DNA of 64,000 nucleotides from an uncultured Acidimicrobiaceae bacterium (GCA_963727645.1 CAVSHA010000002.1:9368-73367), one strand, 5' to 3'. Shown: positions 10,454 to 20,941, counted from the stretch's first letter. Notes: generated by a model from the sequence alone, not told the origin. Numbers and translations: made by a program.

Positions 10454-11189
10454 TCGCGTGGGCAGCAAGTGCCAGCTTCGCCTCGGCGATGCTGTGCCGG
10501 CCGAAGTGGAAGATCGACGCGGCGAGCAGCCCGTCGGCCTGCCCGATGAGCGCACCTTCGACAAGATGCTCGAGCCTGCCGACGCCCCCGCTGGCGATGA
10601 CCGGCACGCGCACCGCGTTCGCGATCCGGCTGGTCAGCTCCAAGTCGTAACCAGCTTCGGTCCCGTCCCGGTCCATCGATGTCACCAGGATCTCCCCGGC
10701 ACCGAGCCGGGCGCATACCGCCGCCCAAGTCTCCGCGTCGAGTCCCGTGGGACGCCGCCCGCCGTGAGTGAAGACCTCCCAATGACCACCGTCGCCGAGA
10801 CGGCGGGCATCGATCGCCACCACGACGCACTGTGCTCCGAACTCGCTCGCCAGGGCGTCGATCAGGCTGGGCGCGGCGACGGCGGCGGAGTTCACCGCCA
10901 CCTTGTCCGCACCTGCTCGAAGCAGTGCCCGACCGTCCGCGACCGAGCGGACACCACCACCGACGGTGAGGGGAATGAACACCTCCTCAGCTGCACGTTC
11001 CACGACCTGCAGCATGGTGGCGCGATCGTCCGACGTGGCGGTGATGTCGAGCAGCACGAGCTCGTCGGCGCCCTCCGCGTCGTAGCGGGCCGCCAGTTCC
11101 ACGGGGTCCCCGGCGTCACGAAGCCCTTTGAACTCGACGCCCTTGACGACCCTTCCGCGGTCGACGTCAAGGCATGGGATGACTCTCAC
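10428..11189 (-). CDS. hisF: imidazole glycerol phosphate synthase cyclase subunit
   Basis: [20 protein letters not shown]...TVGGGVRS...ASGGVG. GTG 11189 overlaps the hisA stop (GTGA). The upstream 238 codons of the 491-aa ORF overlap hisA and are not coding. Confidence 0.92.
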   Translation of the reverse strand: MRVIPCLDVDRGRVVKGVEFKGLRDAGDPVELAARYDAEGADELVLLDITATSDDRATMLQVVERAAEEVFIPLTVGGGVRSVADGRALLRAGADKVAVNSAAVAAPSLIDALASEFGAQCVVVAIDARRLGDGGHWEVFTHGGRRPTGLDAETWAAVCARLGAGEILVTSMDRDGTEAGYDLELTSRIANAVRVPVIASGGVGRLEHLVEGALIGQADGLLAASIFHFGRHSIAEAKLALAAHAITVRPPGA

Positions 11190-11947
11190 TGCTCGCACGC
11201 GGCCACCGCCTCCGACATCGACAGCGCTCCCGACAACAGGGCCCGTCCCACGATCGCTCCGGCCAGGCGGCGGCCACCGGCGCGAAGACCTGCCAGTGCG
11301 ACGAGGTCCGAGGTGGTGGCGATGCCACCCGACGCGACCGCCGGGAGTCCTGTAAGGGCCAGCACTTGCGCGAGCCCTGCCAAGTCCGGGCCCCCGCCCG
11401 TCCCGTCGCGATCGATGTCGGTCACGACGACACCGCCAACAGGCAGGTCCTCGACGCGCCGCAGGGCGGTCTCGAGATCGGGGCCTCCCGAGCTCACCCA
11501 GCCGCGTACCGCCAACTCGCGCCGAGCTGTGCCCTGCGGCCCGACCACCGACCGGTGATCGAGGCCGACGAGCACGCGGCCGGGCCAACGTTCGGCCATC
11601 GCGACGAGCATCCCGGGTAGCTCGACGGCCACTGTGCCCACCACGACCCGAGCGATCCCAGCGTCGAAGAGCGCGGCGGCACCATCCTCGTCGCGGACTC
11701 CCCCACCGGCCTGCACGGGCACCCCGGCCGATGACGCGATGCGGAGCACGACATCTCGGTTTGGCCAGCCGCCTTCGCGTGCGGCGTCGAGATCGACGAC
11801 GTGGAGCCGGGAGGCTCCGGCCGACACGAAGGCCTCGGCCAGCTGCAGCGGATCGCCATACACCGTCTCGGAGGAGAATTCCCCGCGGAGCAGGCGCACA
11901 CACTTACCGGCCCGGATATCGATGGCGGGCCACAGTTCCAAGGTCAC
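11186..11947 (-). CDS. hisA: ProFAR isomerase (HisA/PriA family)
   Basis: 253-aa [18 protein letters not shown]...HVVDLDAA...VQAGGGVR...TDIDRDGT...ASGGI. GTG 11947 overlaps the hisH stop. Confidence 0.88.
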   Translation of the reverse strand: MTLELWPAIDIRAGKCVRLLRGEFSSETVYGDPLQLAEAFVSAGASRLHVVDLDAAREGGWPNRDVVLRIASSAGVPVQAGGGVRDEDGAAALFDAGIARVVVGTVAVELPGMLVAMAERWPGRVLVGLDHRSVVGPQGTARRELAVRGWVSSGGPDLETALRRVEDLPVGGVVVTDIDRDGTGGGPDLAGLAQVLALTGLPAVASGGIATTSDLVALAGLRAGGRRLAGAIVGRALLSGALSMSEAVAACEQ

Positions 11948-12579
11948 GACTCCGAGGGCTCTTCGGCGCAGATCCTTGCGAAGCGCTCGAGCAGCTGCAG
12001 TCCCGCTGTAGCCGACTTCTCCGGATGGAATTGCGTCCCGAACATGTTGTCGCGCTCGAACGCGACCGCAAACTCGCCGCCGTAGTCACAGGTCCCCACG
12101 ACGCTGCGCAGGGCCCCCGCACCTTCCGGGACCGGCGCGTAGGAGTGGACGAAGTAGTACCAGCGACTCTCGCAGTCCCCGAGCAGGCGCGAGCTCGCGC
12201 CCGCCACATGCTTCACGAGGTTCCATTGCATCTGTGGCCGGCGCTCGGTTGCGGCAAGTGCGCGCACCGAGCCCTGCAGGATGCCCAGGCCCGGGATGTC
12301 GGGGTCTTCCTCCGAGCCCTCGAACAGCAGCTGTAGGCCCACGCAGATGCCGAGAAAAGGACGGCCGTCCGAGATGCAGAGTCGGACCACCTCGTCGAGC
12401 CCTGCGTAGCGAAGCGCCCGGGCGCACGCGCCAAAGGCCCCGACGCCCGGCAGCACAACCCCCGAGGCGTCAATGGCGCCTTCAGGGCTGTCGACCAGAC
12501 GAGCGTCTGCGCCGACTCGCAGGAGGGCCTTCTCCGCGGAACGGAGATTTCCGATGCCGTAGTCGAGAACAGCGATCAC
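11944..12579 (-). CDS. hisH: imidazole glycerol phosphate synthase glutamine amidotransferase subunit
   Basis: 211 aa, MIAVLDYGIGNLRS...LPGVGAFG...GICVGLQLL...FVHSY...QFHPEKS. Confidence 0.92.
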   Translation of the reverse strand: MIAVLDYGIGNLRSAEKALLRVGADARLVDSPEGAIDASGVVLPGVGAFGACARALRYAGLDEVVRLCISDGRPFLGICVGLQLLFEGSEEDPDIPGLGILQGSVRALAATERRPQMQWNLVKHVAGASSRLLGDCESRWYYFVHSYAPVPEGAGALRSVVGTCDYGGEFAVAFERDNMFGTQFHPEKSATAGLQLLERFARICAEEPSES

Positions 12580-12587
12580 ATCTTGCC

Positions 12588-13199
12588 TTACAACAGGCCC
12601 TTGGTCGACGGGACGCTATCGCCGTCGATCAGAACGGCGTCCCGCAATGCCCGGCCAACCCCCTTGAAACAAGCTTCGAGCACGTGGTGGGGATTGCGCC
12701 CATGGCGCAGCTCGATGTGCAACGTGACTGCCGCCGAGTGCACCAAGGCGCGCCAGAACTCCTCGGCCAGCTGGACGTCGAACGGAGGGCTGCCGAGCGA
12801 CGCTGTCTCACCGAGCGCGACGTCGTAGTGCAGATAGGGCCTTCCCGACAGGTCCAGAGCGACTTCCACCAACGCCTCGTCGAGCGGGAGCACAATCGAC
12901 GCGAAGCGACGAATCCCCACCCTGGAGCCCAGTGCCTCGGCGATCGCCTCGCCAAGGACGATGCCGGTGTCCTCGACGGTGTGGTGCGCATCGACTTCGA
13001 GGTCGCCCCGAGACTTGATGTCGAGGTCCAAGCCGCCGTGCTTGCCCAGCTGGGCCAGCATGTGGTCGAAGAACGGCAGCCCGGTGTCCGCCAGCGCGGT
13101 CCCGGTCCCGTCGAGCTCGACGAGGACGGTGACCTCGGTCTCCTTGGTCGAACGTCTCCGCTCGGCGCGGCGCGGGTCAGGGTCGGGTCTCATTGCCAT
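12588..13199 (-). CDS. hisB: imidazoleglycerol-phosphate dehydratase
   Basis: 203 aa, TKETEV...TGLPFFDHML...GDLEVDAHHTVEDTGI...NPHHVLEACFKGVGRAL. Confidence 0.92.
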   Translation of the reverse strand: MAMRPDPDPRRAERRRSTKETEVTVLVELDGTGTALADTGLPFFDHMLAQLGKHGGLDLDIKSRGDLEVDAHHTVEDTGIVLGEAIAEALGSRVGIRRFASIVLPLDEALVEVALDLSGRPYLHYDVALGETASLGSPPFDVQLAEEFWRALVHSAAVTLHIELRHGRNPHHVLEACFKGVGRALRDAVLIDGDSVPSTKGLL

Positions 13200-13216
13200 C
13201 CATGAAGCCTTGCACG

Positions 13217-14357
13217 TTACTGCGTCCCGTGGCCCGGTTCGGTGCTCACGAGCGCCGAGCCGGCGGCGTCGTGGCCACGACGCGGGTGGTCACGGGGATT
13301 CCGGGCTCCCGCTGTACGCGCGGCGACCAGCGACCCGCACGCAGCCAACTGCCCGCACGCAGCGTCGATCGAGCGTCCTCGATTCTGGCGGATCGTGGCG
13401 TTGACGCCCGATTGCTTCAGCCACCCCTGCAACGCGAGGACGCGGGATCGCTGTGGATCCCCTGAGCCCTCTCGAGAGACCTCCCGGTGTCGGGTTGAGC
13501 GGGATGAGGTTCACGTGAGCCCCTAGTGGTCGCGCGAGAGCTGCCAGTTCGAAGGCGTCGGAAGGACGGTCGTTCACGTCCTCGATGCAGGCCCATTCGA
13601 ACGAGATCCTCCTCCCGGTCGATGCCAGGTACTCCCCGCAGGCCTCCATCACCGTTGCGAGGGGATACCTGCGGTTGAGTGGCACCAGCTGGTCGCGTAG
13701 CAAGTCGTTGGCCGCGTGCAGCGACACGGCGAGGTTCACCTGCAGGCTCTTGGCCGCCAGCTGGCGGATGCCGGGCACGACGCCCACAGTGGATATCGTG
13801 AGATGCCTCGCGGCCAGGCCCAGATCACGGTTGACGCAGCGGACGGCAGTCCAGACAGCCTCGAAGTTCGCCAATGGTTCGCCCATTCCCATGAGCACGA
13901 CGTTGCCGAGCTGGCGCCAGCCCTCCGACCTGCAGCGCCTCGCGGCGATCACGACCTGCTCGATGATCTCCCCCGAGCTGAGCTGCCGGCCAAATCCCGC
14001 GTCTCCGGTAGCACAGAAGCTGCAGCCCATTGCGCAACCGGCCTGGCTCGAGACGCAGACGGTCGTGCGGTCCCGATATCGCATCAGGACAGTCTCTATG
14101 CGTTTGCGGTCCTCAGTCTCGAGCAACCACTTCAGGGTGGAGCCCCTGTCCGCGACACTCTCGGTCACGACTCGAAAAGCCGGCGCCAGTGCCGGCGACA
14201 GCTGGAGCCGGTCGCGGAGCGCTCGCGGGAGATCAGTCAGCTCCTCTGGTTCCGCCAATCGCCTGTAGAAGCCGTCGAACACCTGGCTCACGCGGTACGA
14301 GGGCTCGTCGGAGAGTAGCGCCGCGAGTTCCTCGCGTCCCAGGTCGTAGCGGCTCAC
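13217..14357 (-). pseudogene. rlmN: 23S rRNA (adenine2503-C2)-methyltransferase, radical SAM, frame shift at the C-run 13459-13462
   Basis: The 355-aa ORF has the radical-SAM motif CAMGCSFC plus GMGEPL and NLIPLNPTPG, then turns into junk. The genuine C-terminus ...LQGWLKQSGVNATIRQNRGRSIDAACGQLAA lies in ORF 13217..13432, in another frame. Confidence 0.85.
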
Positions 14358-14396
14358 GGACGCCAGCTCATGACTGCCGGCTCATGACTGCACGCT

Positions 14397-15344
14397 TCAT
14401 TCTCCGCTTGCGGGGCCGGCTCGCCTCCGGGCCCCGCCGGCCGGCACGTCGGTGACATAGGCGCGGTCGATGTGGTCATCGAGGAACCCGAGCGAGAAGT
14501 AGAGCCTACGAGCAGGCTCATTGTCGTGGTCCACGTAGAGCATCGCCGTGCCGACGCCACGCTCGTGAAGCGAGGCCAGCCCGGCGAGCACGAGCTGGCG
14601 CCCGAGACCCTGTCCTTGAAAGTCCGGATCAACCGCGACCACGTAGATCTCCCCGAGCTGGTGCCCGGCGGTCCGGTTGATGACGTCGTCTTCGGGCTCG
14701 TGGACCTTCGTCCAGCAAAAGCCCGCGAGACGCCCGACCCGCTCATGCAGCAGGAAGCCGCCCGGGTCGAACCACGGCTGATGCTCGCGCTCGGTGATCG
14801 TGGCGAGATCCCACAAGCCCTGTTCGGGATGGTCGTGGAACGCGCGGTTGTTCACCGCCAGCCATGCCGACTCATCCTCCCCGGTCCGAAACGGCCGGAC
14901 CGATATTGCAGGGTGCTCCTCGATCATTGGCAGCGCCCGGCGCATCTGGACCAGGTCCCGACCGCGTTGCATCCCGACGGCCTGGGCGACCGCGTCGTTG
15001 ACCGGTCCGGGCTTGGGTACCCACATGTGCACGTGACCTCCGCCCTGCGCCGCGATCTCGCCGAGCGCCTCTTCGAGCAGGTCCTGCTGAAGCTCGACAC
15101 CAGCAGACCGCCACTGCGGATGGACCACGTACTCCACACCCCAGCTTGCGGTCTTGCCCCGGCTGATCTGCGCGTAGGCGACGATGCGCTCACGACCGCT
15201 CTCGCGGGCGACAAAGCCGGCAAAACCCTCACGACCACCTTGGACGAGATCGAGCCACTGATGCTCGCCGAGAGCGCGATGACCGTCGGCGATGCTCGCG
15301 GCCTCGAGCAGGACCGAGATCGCAGCAATGTCAGCTTCTGCCAT
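14397..15344 (-). CDS. mshD: mycothiol synthase (two GNAT domains)
   Basis: From ATG 15344: MAEADIAAISVLLEAA...VVHPQWRSAG...LVQMRR...NNRAFHDHPEQG...FCWTKVH...GEIYVVAVDPDFQGQGLG. This parallels M. tuberculosis MshD as I remember it. Alternative GTG starts are 15362 and 15371. Confidence 0.8.
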   Translation of the reverse strand: MAEADIAAISVLLEAASIADGHRALGEHQWLDLVQGGREGFAGFVARESGRERIVAYAQISRGKTASWGVEYVVHPQWRSAGVELQQDLLEEALGEIAAQGGGHVHMWVPKPGPVNDAVAQAVGMQRGRDLVQMRRALPMIEEHPAISVRPFRTGEDESAWLAVNNRAFHDHPEQGLWDLATITEREHQPWFDPGGFLLHERVGRLAGFCWTKVHEPEDDVINRTAGHQLGEIYVVAVDPDFQGQGLGRQLVLAGLASLHERGVGTAMLYVDHDNEPARRLYFSLGFLDDHIDRAYVTDVPAGGARRRAGPASGE

Positions 15345-15421
15345 CCGGCGCTTGATCTCAACGTGGTGCACCTGGCGAACATACCGTCTCGCCGACCCGG
15401 AACCGTGACTACCATCCGAGG

Positions 15422-16108
15422 GTGCCCAGCGAGCCGAGCGCGCAACCGCGGAGTGGTCCTGCTCGCCGGCGGCCGCTCGCGCGTGCACGCAAGATTGCCG
15501 ATCGCCTCGCCGCCTCGTATCCCGGCCCCGTGACCGAGCTGTGCGAGCTGGCCCACCACGACCCCTTCGAGCTGCTCGTCGCAACGATCCTCTCGGCACA
15601 ATGCACCGACGAGCGCGTCAACATCGTGATGCCGATCTTGTTCCGGCGTTATCCCACTCCTCGTGCCATGGCCGCCGCCGATCGCGAGGATCTCGAGTCG
15701 TTGATCCGCTCGACCGGCTTCTTCCGCTCCAAGGCCTCCCACATCCTCGGCGCCTCGGAGGCGATCGTGATGCGCCACCACGGCGAAGTGCCGCGGTCGA
15801 TGGACGAGCTGACCGCCCTGCCGGGCGTCGGTCGCAAGACCGCGAATGTCGTTCTCTCGGTGGCCTTCAACCTGCCTGGGCTCCCGGTGGACACTCACGT
15901 GACCAGGTTGAGCCAACGCCTTGGCCTGAGCGGCTCGAACGACCCGGTCCAGATCGAACAGGACCTCTGCGGACTGTTCCCGCCCGAACAGTGGGGCGCG
16001 ATCAGCCTCCAGCTCATCCTCCACGGCCGGCGGGTCTGCGAGGCGCGTCGCCCCCGCTGCGAGATCTGCGAGATCGCCGACCTCTGTCCGTCGAGAGGAA
16101 GCTTCTGA
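15422..16108 (+). CDS. nth: endonuclease III
   Basis: 228 aa with the HhH-GPD element LPGVGRKTANVVL and the C-terminal Fe-S cluster CEARRPRCEICEIADLC. Confidence 0.9.
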   Translation: MPSEPSAQPRSGPARRRPLARARKIADRLAASYPGPVTELCELAHHDPFELLVATILSAQCTDERVNIVMPILFRRYPTPRAMAAADREDLESLIRSTGFFRSKASHILGASEAIVMRHHGEVPRSMDELTALPGVGRKTANVVLSVAFNLPGLPVDTHVTRLSQRLGLSGSNDPVQIEQDLCGLFPPEQWGAISLQLILHGRRVCEARRPRCEICEIADLCPSRGSF

Positions 16109-16254
16109 GGCTCGAGCGCCGCCCCGGCGAGATTGCAACGCAAGGGGTGGTCAGGGTGGGCCTTCGCCGTCGGGACGCGCGCTCTCCCTGTCAGTCTCGT
16201 GACAGGTTGGTGACGAGCGGTCACAGGCCGGGAACCGGGCGCTAATTTGGTCAA

Positions 16255-16348
16255 GAGGAACCGGTCCCCGCCACCTGGTTCCAACGAGTGGACCCGGGAT
16301 CCGCCGCCCGATCCACTCCCCGACGGCGCCCTCAGGGCGCCGTCGGCG
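16255..16348 (+). ncRNA. candidate small RNA with two C-rich hairpin loops plus a terminator hairpin (6C-like)
   Basis: A TAATTT -10-like hexamer sits at 16243-16248. Hairpin 1 is 16257-16282 (GGAACC/GGTTCC stem, loop TCCCCGCCA). Hairpin 2 is 16286-16318 (GAGTGGA/TCCACTC stem, C-rich interior). A 12-bp GC hairpin spans 16320-16346. It lies in the 265-bp gap between nth and a reverse-strand small gene. Folded by eye only. Confidence 0.35.
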
Positions 16349-16372
16349 CGTTCGGGACGCCCTCTTGCCGAG

Positions 16373-16600
16373 TCATCTCCCGCTTTCCAACATGCGCTCG
16401 AGACGTCGCACCGCACCGAGAAGCGCCCGCTCCACAGCAATGAGACTTGCGGCCACCTCGTCCCGTTTGGCCGCGGCGGCGGCGTCTGCCAACGCCGTCA
16501 CACGCCGGCTGATCTGCTCGAGTGAGGACGCGATCGAGGACAGCTCGGACAGTTCCGAGGGCTCGGGGCGATGCGGCGCCATCCCGCCATCATCGCCCAT
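16373..16600 (-). CDS. small helical hypothetical protein
   Basis: The ORF has high third-position GC and reads ...SELSELSSIASSLEQISRRVTALADAAAAAKRDEVAASLIAVERALLGAVRRLERMLESGR. An internal ATG (16600 or 16582) is preferred because the track start at 16648 abuts the hisD start. Confidence 0.45.
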   Translation of the reverse strand: MGDDGGMAPHRPEPSELSELSSIASSLEQISRRVTALADAAAAAKRDEVAASLIAVERALLGAVRRLERMLESGR

Positions 16601-16650
16601 CGCGCCCCAGACCGGGGAATCAGCCGCGACCGGGCCGATACGCTGCACCC

Positions 16651-17952
16651 ATGCTGAGACGTCTCGATCTTCGGGGCCACGGACCGGATTTTCGTGGCGG
16701 CCTGCCCCGGCCGAACCTTGTGGACCAGGGCCCGGTCTCAGAAGTCCGCGCCATTGTCGAGGACGTCCGGATGCGAGGGGACGCGGCGCTACGGGAGTAC
16801 ACGGCCCGTTTCGACAGAGTCGACCTCGACGAGATCAGAGTGCCCGCCTCCGAGATCGCGTCCGCGGGCGGCCGGCTGAACCCGTCTCTGCTCGCGGCGC
16901 TCACCGAGGCTGCTCAAGCCATCGAGTCGTTCCACCGCCACCGCCCATTGAGCCCGGGGACGTTCGAACGCAACGGGATCTCGGTCGACCTCCTCGAGCT
17001 GCCGGTCGCCCGCGCGGGGGTCTATGTCCCCGGTGGGCTGGCGAGCTACCCCTCGAGCGTTCTCATGACCGCCATCCCGGCTCGCGTCGCAGGCGTCGAG
17101 GGCGTCGTCGTCTGCGTGCCTCCTGCGCCGGGCGGCGCCATCCCGGTCGAGGTGCTCGCGGCAGCAAGCCTGGCCGGCGTGGACGAGCTCTACCGTGTCG
17201 GCGGGCCACAGGCGATCGCCGCCATGGCCTATGGCACCGAGACCATTGGGCGCGTCGATTTCATCGTCGGTCCGGGGAGCCGGCGTGTTTCGCTCGCCAA
17301 GCTCGAAGTCCGCAGCGCGGTCGGCATGCCGGCTTCGTTCGCCGGGCCTTCCGAGGTCGTGGTCATCGCGGACGAGTCGGTACCGGTCGACTACGTCGCG
17401 ATTGACCTTGTCGTCCAGGCCGAGCACGGACCCGACGGGCTCGCCTGGCTCATTACCTGGTCAGAGTCGGTGCTGAACGCGGTGACAGCCGCCGTCGCGT
17501 CCCTCGTCGAGGAGTCCCCGCGGCGTGCGGAGATCGAGGCCACCCTCGCGGACGGTGGCTACGCAGTGCTCGTTGACGGGCCCGAGGCGGCGATGGCGGT
17601 GTCCAACGAGATAGCGCCCGAGCACCTGGAACTTTGCTGTGACAATCCACAAGCGATGATCCCGCTCGTTCGCAACGCTGGCGCGGTCTTCCTCGGTCCG
17701 TACACGCCCGCATCGCTCGGCGACTACATCGCCGGACCGAGCCACACCCTGCCGACGTTCGGGTCGGCGCGCTATGCAAGCGTGCTCGGCGTGGAGGACT
17801 TCCTCCGCCGGGTGCACGTCATCTCCGCCGACGCTCGGGCGCTCAGGGGCGTCGCCCCCCACGTTGCTGCGATAGCCAGCGCGGAGGGTCTTTCCGCCCA
17901 CGCCCGCTCGGTGACGCTCCGCTGCGAGCACGAACAGCGCCAAGGGCCATGA
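16651..17952 (+). CDS. hisD: histidinol dehydrogenase
   Basis: From ATG 16651, MLRRLDLRG...; GVYVPGG...YPSSVLM, GGPQAIAAMAYGT, QAEHGPD and PEHLEL motifs. Confidence 0.92.
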   Translation: MLRRLDLRGHGPDFRGGLPRPNLVDQGPVSEVRAIVEDVRMRGDAALREYTARFDRVDLDEIRVPASEIASAGGRLNPSLLAALTEAAQAIESFHRHRPLSPGTFERNGISVDLLELPVARAGVYVPGGLASYPSSVLMTAIPARVAGVEGVVVCVPPAPGGAIPVEVLAAASLAGVDELYRVGGPQAIAAMAYGTETIGRVDFIVGPGSRRVSLAKLEVRSAVGMPASFAGPSEVVVIADESVPVDYVAIDLVVQAEHGPDGLAWLITWSESVLNAVTAAVASLVEESPRRAEIEATLADGGYAVLVDGPEAAMAVSNEIAPEHLELCCDNPQAMIPLVRNAGAVFLGPYTPASLGDYIAGPSHTLPTFGSARYASVLGVEDFLRRVHVISADARALRGVAPHVAAIASAEGLSAHARSVTLRCEHEQRQGP

Positions 17953-19076
17953 ACCTCACCGGGACGAGCGGTCCCGTGCTCCCCACCGGGCCCCGCCGCG
18001 AAGTTGCCTTGCGACCCGGCTACCACTCCCCTCAGGTCGAGGTCGAGGTCAGGCTCAACACCAACGAGTCCCCCGAACCTCCTCCGGAGGCCTTTGTCGA
18101 GGCGCTTGCCGACGAGTTGCGGTCCATCGCTTGGCACCGTTACCCCGATCGTGAGGCGACCGCCCTGCGAGAGGCACTTGGCGCCTACCACTCGGTCGAG
18201 CCAGCGCAGGTGTTCTGCGCAAACGGCTCGAACGAGGTGATCCAGTGCCTCTTGCTCGCGTATGGCGGCCCGGGCCGGGCCGCGATGCTGTTCGAGCCGA
18301 CGTACGCGCTGCACTCCCATATCGCCCACCTCACCGGGACGCCTTTGACCGTGGGACGACGGGACGACTCGTTCGGGGTGGATCTTGCCGAGGTGGCCCG
18401 GGCGGTCACCGTCGCGACTCGATCCCACGGGCGGGCAAGCCCTGCGGTCACCTTCCTCTGTTCGCCCAACAACCCGACCGGCGGTGTCGAGACAACCGAC
18501 AGTGTCCGTGCCGTTCTCGCCCTCGTACCGGGAATGCTCGCCGTCGACGAGGCTTACGGGCAGTTCGCGCCATCGTCGGCGCTCGAACTGCTCGAGACCG
18601 AGCCCCGCTTGGTCGTGGTGCGCACATTCTCCAAGACCTGGGCCATGGCGGGGCTTCGCCTCGGCTACGCGATTGCAGACCCGACCGTGGTCGCCTCGTT
18701 GTCGAACGTCGCTCTTCCCTACCACCTCGACACGCTCAAGCAGGTCGCGGGGCGGCTCGCCCTCCGGTTCAGCGACGAGATGAAGCTCCGGGTGGCGACC
18801 ACCATCGAAGAGCGAGGACGCGTCACCGAGGCCCTTTCAGGCCTGCCGGTCGAAGTGTGGCCCTCCAATGCGAACTTCATCCTGTTTCGAGTGAGCCCGC
18901 GTTCCGCCTCGCAGGTCTGGAAGGGCCTGCTCGATCACTCCGTCTTGGTTCGCGACGTCTCGGACTGGACCGGGCTGCACGGCTGCCTGCGCGTCACGAT
19001 CGGTACGCGTTCTGAGGACGACCGGTTCCTCTCCGCGTTGGCTGAAGTGCTCTCGACATCGGGCGCCGACGGTTGA
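17949..19076 (+). CDS. hisC: histidinol-phosphate aminotransferase
   Basis: 375 aa, LNTNESP...YPD...NGSNE...SPNNPTG...VDEAY...RTFSKTWAMAGLRLGY. ATGA overlap with the hisD stop. Confidence 0.92.
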   Translation: MNLTGTSGPVLPTGPRREVALRPGYHSPQVEVEVRLNTNESPEPPPEAFVEALADELRSIAWHRYPDREATALREALGAYHSVEPAQVFCANGSNEVIQCLLLAYGGPGRAAMLFEPTYALHSHIAHLTGTPLTVGRRDDSFGVDLAEVARAVTVATRSHGRASPAVTFLCSPNNPTGGVETTDSVRAVLALVPGMLAVDEAYGQFAPSSALELLETEPRLVVVRTFSKTWAMAGLRLGYAIADPTVVASLSNVALPYHLDTLKQVAGRLALRFSDEMKLRVATTIEERGRVTEALSGLPVEVWPSNANFILFRVSPRSASQVWKGLLDHSVLVRDVSDWTGLHGCLRVTIGTRSEDDRFLSALAEVLSTSGADG

Positions 19077-19136
19077 ACAACCGGGTAGGCCGCGCGACCC
19101 GCCTCTGCGATCCTCCTGCTCGACCAGCGCCCACGC

Positions 19137-19961
19137 TCAGCCGAAACGGCCCTGGATGTAGTCCAACGTCCTCGGGTCGTCGGGTTCGCTGAACAACTTG
19201 TCCGTCGGCGCCACCTCGATCTGCTCGCCGGCGCGGTCGTTGCCCATGAGGAAGAACGCACAGAGGTCCGAGACGCGCGCCGCCTGTTGCATGTTGTGCG
19301 TGACGATGACGATCGTCACACGGCTCTTGAGCTCGCCGAGGAGCTCTTCGATGAGCCGCATCGAGATCGGGTCCAGCGACGAGGTCGGCTCGTCCATCAG
19401 CAGCACCTCCGGCTCCACGGCCAGTGCCCTGGCGATGCACAGACGCTGCTGCTCACCCCCGGAAAGCGTCGATGCGTGCGCCTTCAACCGGTTCGAGACC
19501 GAGTCCCACAAAGCCGCGGCGACGAGTGCGGACTCGGCAGCTTCTTCAAGAACGGACTTCTTGCGTATCCCGTTGAACCGCAACCCTGAGACGACGTTGT
19601 CGTAGATCGACATCGTGGGAAACGGGTTCGGCCGTTGGAACACCATGCCGACACGCGTGCGCAGCAAGGTCGCCGGGATCCCACCGTTGTAGATGTCGAC
19701 ATCCCCGAGCCGGATCGAGCCGGTGACGACCGCACCCTTGGTCTCGTCGTGCAAGCGGTTCATCGCGCGCAACAGCGTCGTCTTGCCCGAGCCTGACGGG
19801 CCGATGAGCGACGTGACCTTGTTCTTGGGGACATCGAAGGACACGTCGCGGATCGCCGTGCGACCGTGGAACGTCACGGACACATCTTCGAACCGCATCG
19901 CGATCGGGCCCAAGCGTGGATCTCCCTCCTGATGTGACCTCTCCGGCGCCACTGCGACCAT
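19137..19961 (-). CDS. pstB: phosphate ABC transporter ATP-binding protein
   Basis: [31 protein letters not shown]-like [27 protein letters not shown] and [13 protein letters not shown]. Start taken as ATG 19961. Confidence 0.9.
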   Translation of the reverse strand: MVAVAPERSHQEGDPRLGPIAMRFEDVSVTFHGRTAIRDVSFDVPKNKVTSLIGPSGSGKTTLLRAMNRLHDETKGAVVTGSIRLGDVDIYNGGIPATLLRTRVGMVFQRPNPFPTMSIYDNVVSGLRFNGIRKKSVLEEAAESALVAAALWDSVSNRLKAHASTLSGGEQQRLCIARALAVEPEVLLMDEPTSSLDPISMRLIEELLGELKSRVTIVIVTHNMQQAARVSDLCAFFLMGNDRAGEQIEVAPTDKLFSEPDDPRTLDYIQGRFG

Positions 19962-19984
19962 AGTGCTGAGATCCGCTACCACGA

Positions 19985-20941
19985 CTACCGCCTCTCTCTT
20001 TGCAGCCAGGCCGCAAGAAGGCGGCTGCCTAGGTTGATCACCAGAACGACGAACACGAGGAACAGGGCTATCCCCCACGCCTCTTCACGGAGTGCCACGT
20101 ACGGCGAAGTTGCTGACTGGAAGATCTGCAGCGGCATCGAGGCCATCTCTTTACGCGGGTTCCACTCGACCATGTCGGAGGCGCCGATCACCCACAAGAT
20201 CGGGGCGGTCTCCCCCACGGCCCTCGAAAAGGCCAGCAACACCGCAGTGATCAGACCCGGAAGTGCGGTCGGGATCACCACCTTGCGAGCAATGACGCTC
20301 CTGCGCGCCCCCAGTGCCAGACCAGCTTCCCGAACTGGGGCAGGGACGCCCCGCAGTGCCGTCTCAGAAGCCTTCATGATGATCGGGATCATGAGGACGC
20401 CTATCGCGAAGCTCCCGGCGAGCCCCGAGAACCCGATGCCGGGCAGCTTGATCCCCCACTCGTCGAACCCGATCACGATCATCTGGTACGCGAAGATGCC
20501 GAGCAGGATCGACGGGAGTCCCGTCATGATCTCGGCCGTCGTTCGCAGAGCGTTCGCGAACCTCGAACTCGACTCCGCCAGGAATAGCCCCGCGATGATG
20601 CCGATCGGAATCGCGAAGAGTGCGGCGACGCCGTCGATGACCAGCGACCCGATGATCGCGTTCGAGATCCCTCCGATCTGTTTCGGGTCGATCAGGGAGG
20701 GAAATTGCGGGATCTTCGTGAAGAAGTCAAGGTTCCACCACCGGATGCCCTTGTCCACGAGGGACCACAAGATCGCGAAGAGCGGGACCAAGGCGAGGAG
20801 GAGCGCACCACCGCAAAGTGCGATCATTCCCCTCGAGACGAGGATGCGCCTGTCGAGTGTCTTCCTCGCGACGCGTTGCACCATCTCACGGCGCTCGAGG
20901 ATCGGGTCCGGCGGCATCGTTTCGATGAGTCCGGTTGTCAT
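19985..20941 (-). CDS. pstA: phosphate ABC transporter permease PstA
   Basis: 318-aa membrane ORF with the EAA-type loop [20 protein letters not shown], directly between pstC and pstB. Confidence 0.88.
   Translation of the reverse strand: MTTGLIETMPPDPILERREMVQRVARKTLDRRILVSRGMIALCGGALLLALVPLFAILWSLVDKGIRWWNLDFFTKIPQFPSLIDPKQIGGISNAIIGSLVIDGVAALFAIPIGIIAGLFLAESSSRFANALRTTAEIMTGLPSILLGIFAYQMIVIGFDEWGIKLPGIGFSGLAGSFAIGVLMIPIIMKASETALRGVPAPVREAGLALGARRSVIARKVVIPTALPGLITAVLLAFSRAVGETAPILWVIGASDMVEWNPRKEMASMPLQIFQSATSPYVALREEAWGIALFLVFVVLVINLGSRLLAAWLQRERR

Noticed and set aside
11190-11903. 491-aa ORF suggesting a very long HisF
   Set aside because: The upstream 238 codons overlap hisA in another frame and are Arg-rich junk. 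HisF homology begins at the GTGA overlap start at 11189.
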